Below are positions 59,394 to 64,000 of a stretch of 64,000 nt of DNA, one piece after another. Each line of letters begins with the position of its first letter. The stretch's first letter is position 1. The notes under the pieces were generated by a model. It was not told the DNA's origin. It ran no database searches and saw only the letters and a program-made list of their open reading frames with translations. Origin of the DNA: Acidobacteriota bacterium. GTDB lineage: Bacteria > Acidobacteriota > UBA6911. Where the stretch lies: contig OY761556.1 of the NCBI GenBank assembly GCA_963664705.1, forward strand, positions 832,001 to 896,000, written 5' to 3'. The translations under genes and the position numbers were made by a program.

Positions 59394-60654
59394 CCGCACC
59401 CCCGTACGCTTCGTCCAATAAAGTAACCGGGTGTACGACGCGAACCGGCAAGCCGCGCCGCTGCAGTCCCGTGTTGAGCTGCATCTGGCAGCCCGGGCAA
59501 CCGGAGGCAAGAACACGTGCCTCCGTTCCTGCGATATTATCCAGTTTCCTGTTCAGAACTTTCCATGAAGTTTCATAGTGCGTGATCAATTGACTTCCCG
59601 CAGATCCACAGCACCAGTCGGCTTCCGGCATCTCGACAAATTGCAGGCCGTCGATCAGGGACAACAGCTTTCTGGGTTGCTGCCACACTTTCTGGCCCCT
59701 TCGCAAATGACAGGGATCATGGTAGGTGACCTTTGTCTCGAGCCGCCCGGAAGGTTTCTCCAGCGGTATTTCCGAAAGAAATTCGCTGATATCCCGCACC
59801 TTGGATTCAAAGGCTTTTGCCCGGCTTGCCCAATCCGGATCGCCCGAAAGCAGAACGCCATATTCCTTCAGGCTGGATCCACACGTTGCGCAATCTGTAA
59901 CAATCTTGTCCACGTGATAGCGTTCAAAAACAGCGATATTATGCCGGGCCTGTTTTTCCACAAGATCCATGCGGCCATAGCCTCGTGCCGGCATGCCGCA
60001 GCATTCAATCTCCTTCGGGGAAATGACGGTGCAGCCGTTTCGGGCCAGGACACGCAGCGTAGCTGCGCTCTGGTCGGCGAATAATAGACTCTGGGCGCAT
60101 CCGAGAAAGAAACCGATGCGATACCGTTCTTCGCCCCTGGCTTTGGTTACCTCCGGCAGGATGCGCCGCAAAGGGCGCTGCGGGAGCCTCGGGAGCATGG
60201 CTTCGAGATCACGAAGTTTCCCGGGCAGAAGCTTGTTCAGCCCGAGCATGTATACCAGGCGGCGCAGCCCAAGTTTTTCGTAAAGCCGAAGAGGCCAGGT
60301 TGCCATTTCCATCCGACCCGCGTGGGAAACCAGTCCTCCAAAAAGCCACTGTTTCCATTTGGCAGGGCGGATCTGTTCCTGGACGTGACGCATGGAAAGC
60401 GCCAGATCGGCGGGACGAATTCCCACGGGACAGAGATCATTGCAGGCCATGCAATCGAAACAGCCGTACATCTGCTCGATAAGGTTGGGGCTGAGTTCCA
60501 GCTGTCCTTCGAGCCCTTTCCGTGCCAGGGCAACGCGACCGCGCGGAGAGGCTGTTTCCTTTAAATACTCCCGATAGGTCGGACAAACAGCCAGACATAA
60601 CCCGCAGCGAATGCAATTGTGATACGCAGATTCGTCAGGTTTAACCAGGTTCAA
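59383..60654 (-). CDS. glcF: GlcF-like Fe-S subunit with two CCG domains
   Basis: CIRCGLCLAVCP, CFDCMACNDLCP, ECCG, YHDPCHL, WCCGSAG, CPGCQMQ; TTG start after GAGGT. Confidence 0.88.
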   Translation of the reverse strand: MNLVKPDESAYHNCIRCGLCLAVCPTYREYLKETASPRGRVALARKGLEGQLELSPNLIEQMYGCFDCMACNDLCPVGIRPADLALSMRHVQEQIRPAKWKQWLFGGLVSHAGRMEMATWPLRLYEKLGLRRLVYMLGLNKLLPGKLRDLEAMLPRLPQRPLRRILPEVTKARGEERYRIGFFLGCAQSLLFADQSAATLRVLARNGCTVISPKEIECCGMPARGYGRMDLVEKQARHNIAVFERYHVDKIVTDCATCGSSLKEYGVLLSGDPDWASRAKAFESKVRDISEFLSEIPLEKPSGRLETKVTYHDPCHLRRGQKVWQQPRKLLSLIDGLQFVEMPEADWCCGSAGSQLITHYETSWKVLNRKLDNIAGTEARVLASGCPGCQMQLNTGLQRRGLPVRVVHPVTLLDEAYGGADGK

Positions 60655-60704
60655 GGCAATTACCTCATTTAGCGTTGCGGGCTCAATGCTCGCTCGGCCG
60701 GTAT

Positions 60705-61991
60705 TTATTTTGTCACGACCGGAAGCGTCAGAAGCGAATGCGGCACAATCAACACATCGCACGACAAGCCCCTGTCGCGGGCCGCAATCTGAATGGCTTC
60801 GTCCATTGTAGCCGCGGGGATCATTTTACACGCGGCCACAACTTCGGGACACTCACTGCCAACGATGATAATTTTCGTCTGTTCAAGCACCTTGGCAATG
60901 ACGAAAGCGCGCTGCTGGCCGGGAGGGAATCCGTTGGTTCGTCCGTCCTGCAGGATCGATTGAACGTCGGGCATGTCGCGCATTGCCGAAAGGAACCGTT
61001 GCTCGCCGACGCCGCTTCCGGCCCCTTCCTCACAGCGCGCGGGGACGATAAAATATCCACCCGGGCGAAGGACGCAGGTCGGTGCAAAGAAGAGGTAGGA
61101 TGGCGCCCGGCTTGCCTGGTACAGATTGCTGTCCTTTGGAAAACCGACACCGGCAATTGCAATATCGTATTGCCCGGGAATCGGAACTTCATAAACCGAG
61201 CGCGCGAAAGCGACAAGATCCTGGAACGCCTGTTCCGGATGGCCCGCGGCCACCCGCAGCACGCGCTTGTCGTCGTCGAGTACCACATTCAGAATGAATC
61301 GGAGTCCCTCGCGCTGCGCAGCCTCCGTAATGGCTTCATGGAATGGGTTCCCCTCAATCTGTCCAAGCCGTGTTCCCGGATGATCGACAAAGGCGGGGCC
61401 GTGCGAATAGGCAATCAGAGCTTCTCCGGCAGCCCCGACAGCAAGCGTTTTCCTGCCTCCGGAATAGCCGGCATATTGATGCGGTTCGACGATTCCGGTC
61501 GCGATGACAAGGTCCGATTCGACGACGGCACGATGTGCGGAAACGGGAACTCCGCCCTCCGTGGTACCAAGGTCGACCAGGGCGGACGGGTTTTGCGGTT
61601 CATTGTCAATGACGCGATAGCGGGCGACAACCGCCGCTCCCAGTTTGGATATCTTCTCCTCCCGGGTGGAGGCGCGATGCATGCCGATGCCGCAAAGCAA
61701 GGTGATGTTTTCATCTTTGACGCCGGCATCCTGCAGTTCGGACAGGATGGGCGGCACCAGAAGACTGTCGGGGCAGGAACGGGTAATATCCGTGAAAACA
61801 ATGCATACTCGACTATCGGCGTGGGCCAATTTTCTTAGAGGCTGGGATCCGATTGGATGCGCCAGTGCGTCCAGTACGGCTTTTTCCTCATTTGCAACAG
61901 GAGGAACGGGTCTGGATACGGCCTGACTGACGCGCATTTCCGAAGGAAGCGAGAACTCCATCGTCGTTTTTCCATACGGCACCTTGTACAT
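60705..61991 (-). CDS. larA: LarA-family nickel-pincer 2-hydroxyacid racemase/epimerase
   Basis: TDITR, GIGMHR, EPHQYAGYSGGRK, SH, LYQASRA. Confidence 0.85.
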   Translation of the reverse strand: MYKVPYGKTTMEFSLPSEMRVSQAVSRPVPPVANEEKAVLDALAHPIGSQPLRKLAHADSRVCIVFTDITRSCPDSLLVPPILSELQDAGVKDENITLLCGIGMHRASTREEKISKLGAAVVARYRVIDNEPQNPSALVDLGTTEGGVPVSAHRAVVESDLVIATGIVEPHQYAGYSGGRKTLAVGAAGEALIAYSHGPAFVDHPGTRLGQIEGNPFHEAITEAAQREGLRFILNVVLDDDKRVLRVAAGHPEQAFQDLVAFARSVYEVPIPGQYDIAIAGVGFPKDSNLYQASRAPSYLFFAPTCVLRPGGYFIVPARCEEGAGSGVGEQRFLSAMRDMPDVQSILQDGRTNGFPPGQQRAFVIAKVLEQTKIIIVGSECPEVVAACKMIPAATMDEAIQIAARDRGLSCDVLIVPHSLLTLPVVTK

Positions 61992-62028
61992 TTTTCGCCC
62001 CCTCTACTTTTTATATTCGCGTCCTGAT

Positions 62029-62045
62029 GTTTCGCAATGCGAAAC
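62029..62045. promoter_or_regulatory. palindromic operator (IclR-family-like)
   Basis: GTTTCGCA-A-TGCGAAAC perfect palindrome upstream of the larA-glcF-glcD operon; related boxes at 62166, 63479 and 63536. Confidence 0.65.
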
Positions 62046-62165
62046 CTTGTTCCATAAGGCAGAATATTCCTTGGTATTCCTTTTGTCAAAAGAATTGGAC
62101 CCAGTAATAATTGTGTAATTGTGGACACCCACCATCGGAGCCAATTGCGGATTATTCTTAAACCT

Positions 62166-62214
62166 GTTCCGGCATACGAAAATGATTGACACAGGGTGGA
62201 ATTTGATCTATAAA
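62166..62214 (+). promoter_or_regulatory. sigma-70 promoter with upstream operator box
   Basis: TTGACA(62186)-17 nt-TATAAA(62209); GTTCCGGCATACGAAAA at 62166. Confidence 0.7.
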
Positions 62215-62288
62215 AGCGCTTTATTTGACGCAGTAAAGTCTCAGGGCGAGTATATCGATCGGATGCCCTGCCAAAACAAAGGAGGATT

Positions 62289-63383
62289 ATGAAGGAAGGG
62301 AATATCAGTTATCAGGAGCTATCATCTTATACGCAGCAGGTCCTCGAAAAGCTGGGCTATCCGAAGGAGCAGGCAGAGGTAACCGCATGGACCCTCGTCG
62401 AAGCGGATGCGCGCGGTGTTCCTTCTCACGGGGTAGGTCGGCTTCCTTTCTATGAATCCAATATCAAGTCAAAGTTCGTCTTTCCGGAGGCGAAGCTGGA
62501 AGTTGTGCATGAGACTCCGTTGTCTCTGACCGTGGATGGGCACAATGGCATTGGACCGTATCTTGCCAAGTATACGATGAACCAGGCGATTGAGAAGGCG
62601 AAGAAAGTCGGAGCGGGTTTTGGCGCCCTGCGGAATTCGAGCCATTTCGGAATGGCGGCATTGTGGGCTGAAATGGCCACCAATGAGGGTTTCATCGGCA
62701 TGTCTTTTACCAACACAAGAATCTGTTCGGTTGTTACCTACGGGAAGGAACGCATTCTGGGAACAAACCCGATCTGCTTTGCGATCCCTTCTGCCGGAAA
62801 AGTACCGTTTATTCTGGATATGGCGACCACCACAACGGCGCATGGCAAAGTAGAAGTGTATGAACGCCGCAACAAGCCGATGCCTTTGGGTTGGGTCGTA
62901 GATGAAAATGGAAATGACACGAGCGATACGATTGAATTCCAGAAGCTGTATCGCAGCACGAACCCGAATGGCGGCCATTTGTTCCTCGGCGGTGCCGGGG
63001 AAGAGTTGGGCGGACACAAGGGTTATGGTCTTGGACTTTTCGTAGATCTTCTCTGCGCCGGTATGTCCATGGGTGCGTGGAGCAAAGAGACCTTCAGCAA
63101 AACCAATGGCTGCTGCGTGGCCAGCTTCTTCGCCGCGATCCGCACCGATCTTTTTGGGAATGCAAAGGACATTGCCGACCATGTCGAATCGATTCTGGAA
63201 GGCGTCCGCACCAGCAACAAGGCAGCAGGGCATGACAGGATTTACGTCCATGGCGAAAAGGAAATTGAAAAGCGCGCGGAATCCATGGTCGACGGAGTAA
63301 GCTTGGAGGATACCGAATGGAAGATGCTTGCCGGCTATGCCGAGAGATTCGGCTTTAAGAAGCTGGAGCCATGCAAGGCTTAG
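62289..63383 (+). CDS. Ldh_2 family (malate/L-lactate/ureidoglycolate) dehydrogenase
   Basis: GVPSHG, RNSSHFG, GTNPIC, LDMAT, GHKGYGL; RBS GGAGGA. Confidence 0.92.
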   Translation: MKEGNISYQELSSYTQQVLEKLGYPKEQAEVTAWTLVEADARGVPSHGVGRLPFYESNIKSKFVFPEAKLEVVHETPLSLTVDGHNGIGPYLAKYTMNQAIEKAKKVGAGFGALRNSSHFGMAALWAEMATNEGFIGMSFTNTRICSVVTYGKERILGTNPICFAIPSAGKVPFILDMATTTTAHGKVEVYERRNKPMPLGWVVDENGNDTSDTIEFQKLYRSTNPNGGHLFLGGAGEELGGHKGYGLGLFVDLLCAGMSMGAWSKETFSKTNGCCVASFFAAIRTDLFGNAKDIADHVESILEGVRTSNKAAGHDRIYVHGEKEIEKRAESMVDGVSLEDTEWKMLAGYAERFGFKKLEPCKA

Positions 63384-63423
63384 GAAAAGGTATCCGCTAA
63401 GTTTCATCTGGTGTTAGGTTTCA

Positions 63424-63467
63424 GGCAGCCGCCAAGAAGTTGATTCTCAGCGGCTGCCCCTTTTTTT
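63424..63467 (+). terminator. rho-independent terminator
   Basis: GGCAGCCGC...GCGGCTGCC followed by T7. Confidence 0.8.
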
Positions 63468-63478
63468 GCAAAAAAATT

Positions 63479-63552
63479 GTTCCGAAGTACGAAATTCGTT
63501 GACACGTCGTGGAATTGCACCTACAATGGAACGCGATTCCGCATAATGGAAC
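63479..63552 (+). promoter_or_regulatory. sigma-70 promoter flanked by operator boxes
   Basis: TTGACA(63499)-17 nt-TACAAT(63522); boxes GTTCCGAAGTACGAAAT (63479) and ATTCCGCATAATGGAAC (63536). Confidence 0.72.
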
Positions 63553-63576
63553 AGAACATTGGAGGATTTATTAACT

Positions 63577-63951
63577 ATGGAAAACAAGCCGCAAGTATTG
63601 CCATTTAAAGCAGCCGCTGACGTGCAGGGAGAATTCAGAACGCCTCCGCGCACATCCAAGCTCTTACTAGCTCCCAAGTTCGGGGGCGTTAAGAACGTAT
63701 CGATGGGTATGAATATCACAGAAGTCGGAAGCCAGATCCCCGACCACGTCCATGATGAATCCGAGGAAGTTCTGTTCCTGATCAGCGGGAAGGCGCGGAT
63801 TGTGATTGAAGGGGTAGGATCCTGGGAAATCGGACCGGAAACCGCCTTCTACTCACCGCTTGGTGTAAAGCACAGAGTAGAAAACATCGGTGACGAGCCG
63901 CTTCGAATAGTCTGGTGCTATTGTCCACCTTTGCCGTCTCATTGCAGTTAA
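63577..63951 (+). CDS. cupin domain protein
   Basis: HVHDESEE...G...P.GVKHRVEN cupin motifs; RBS GGAGG. Confidence 0.88.
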   Translation: MENKPQVLPFKAAADVQGEFRTPPRTSKLLLAPKFGGVKNVSMGMNITEVGSQIPDHVHDESEEVLFLISGKARIVIEGVGSWEIGPETAFYSPLGVKHRVENIGDEPLRIVWCYCPPLPSHCS

Positions 63952-63981
63952 TTTCCATATTTTTTTAAGGAGATTTTAGTC

Positions 63982-64000
63982 ATGATTTTCGATGCAACAC
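63982..64000 (+). CDS. probable start of the next gene (MIFDAT..., truncated by window end)
   Basis: AAGGAG RBS 8 nt upstream of ATG. Confidence 0.45.

Noticed and set aside
24481-61838. Long antisense ORFs (e.g. 24481-25608, 28776-29666, 55135-56442, 58071-59162, 60675-61838)
   Set aside because: They shadow well-supported genes on the opposite strand, show no motifs, and are expected from codon bias at this GC content

Overview
A gene-dense (~55% GC) chromosomal segment, probably from an anaerobic, diderm bacterium (inferred from Fe-S, corrinoid and molybdopterin enzymes and an OmpA protein). I found no rRNA, tRNA, CRISPR array, transposase or prophage. 1-17 kb is a signal-transduction island: PAS/MASE1 kinases, HD-GYP and HDOD regulators, a B12 radical SAM enzyme, and a translationally coupled trio of corrinoid protein, MtaA/UroD-fold protein and histidine kinase. 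19-64 kb is mostly organic-acid metabolism: carboxyltransferase plus biotin carrier, CoA transferases, ADP-forming acyl-CoA synthetase, thiolase, HAD-ECH fusion, gltA, pckG, tandem mdh-like genes, two LarA racemases, two FAD 2-hydroxyacid dehydrogenases and two Ldh_2 enzymes. The two strongest candidates for an undescribed system are (1) an operon at 26376-31670 linking a FAD 2-hydroxyacid dehydrogenase and a Fe-S/MvhD chimera to larA-metV-metF, suggesting a lactate:methylene-THF oxidoreductase, and (2) a possible cobalamin methylation-state sensor at 10636-16851. Also notable: a variant MDH paralogue, an orphan DmrB-like reductase, a ~190-nt structured intergenic element, a family of hairpins between convergent genes, and a duplicated promoter with IclR-like operators. 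All product calls come from recognising motifs by eye; no database searches were run.
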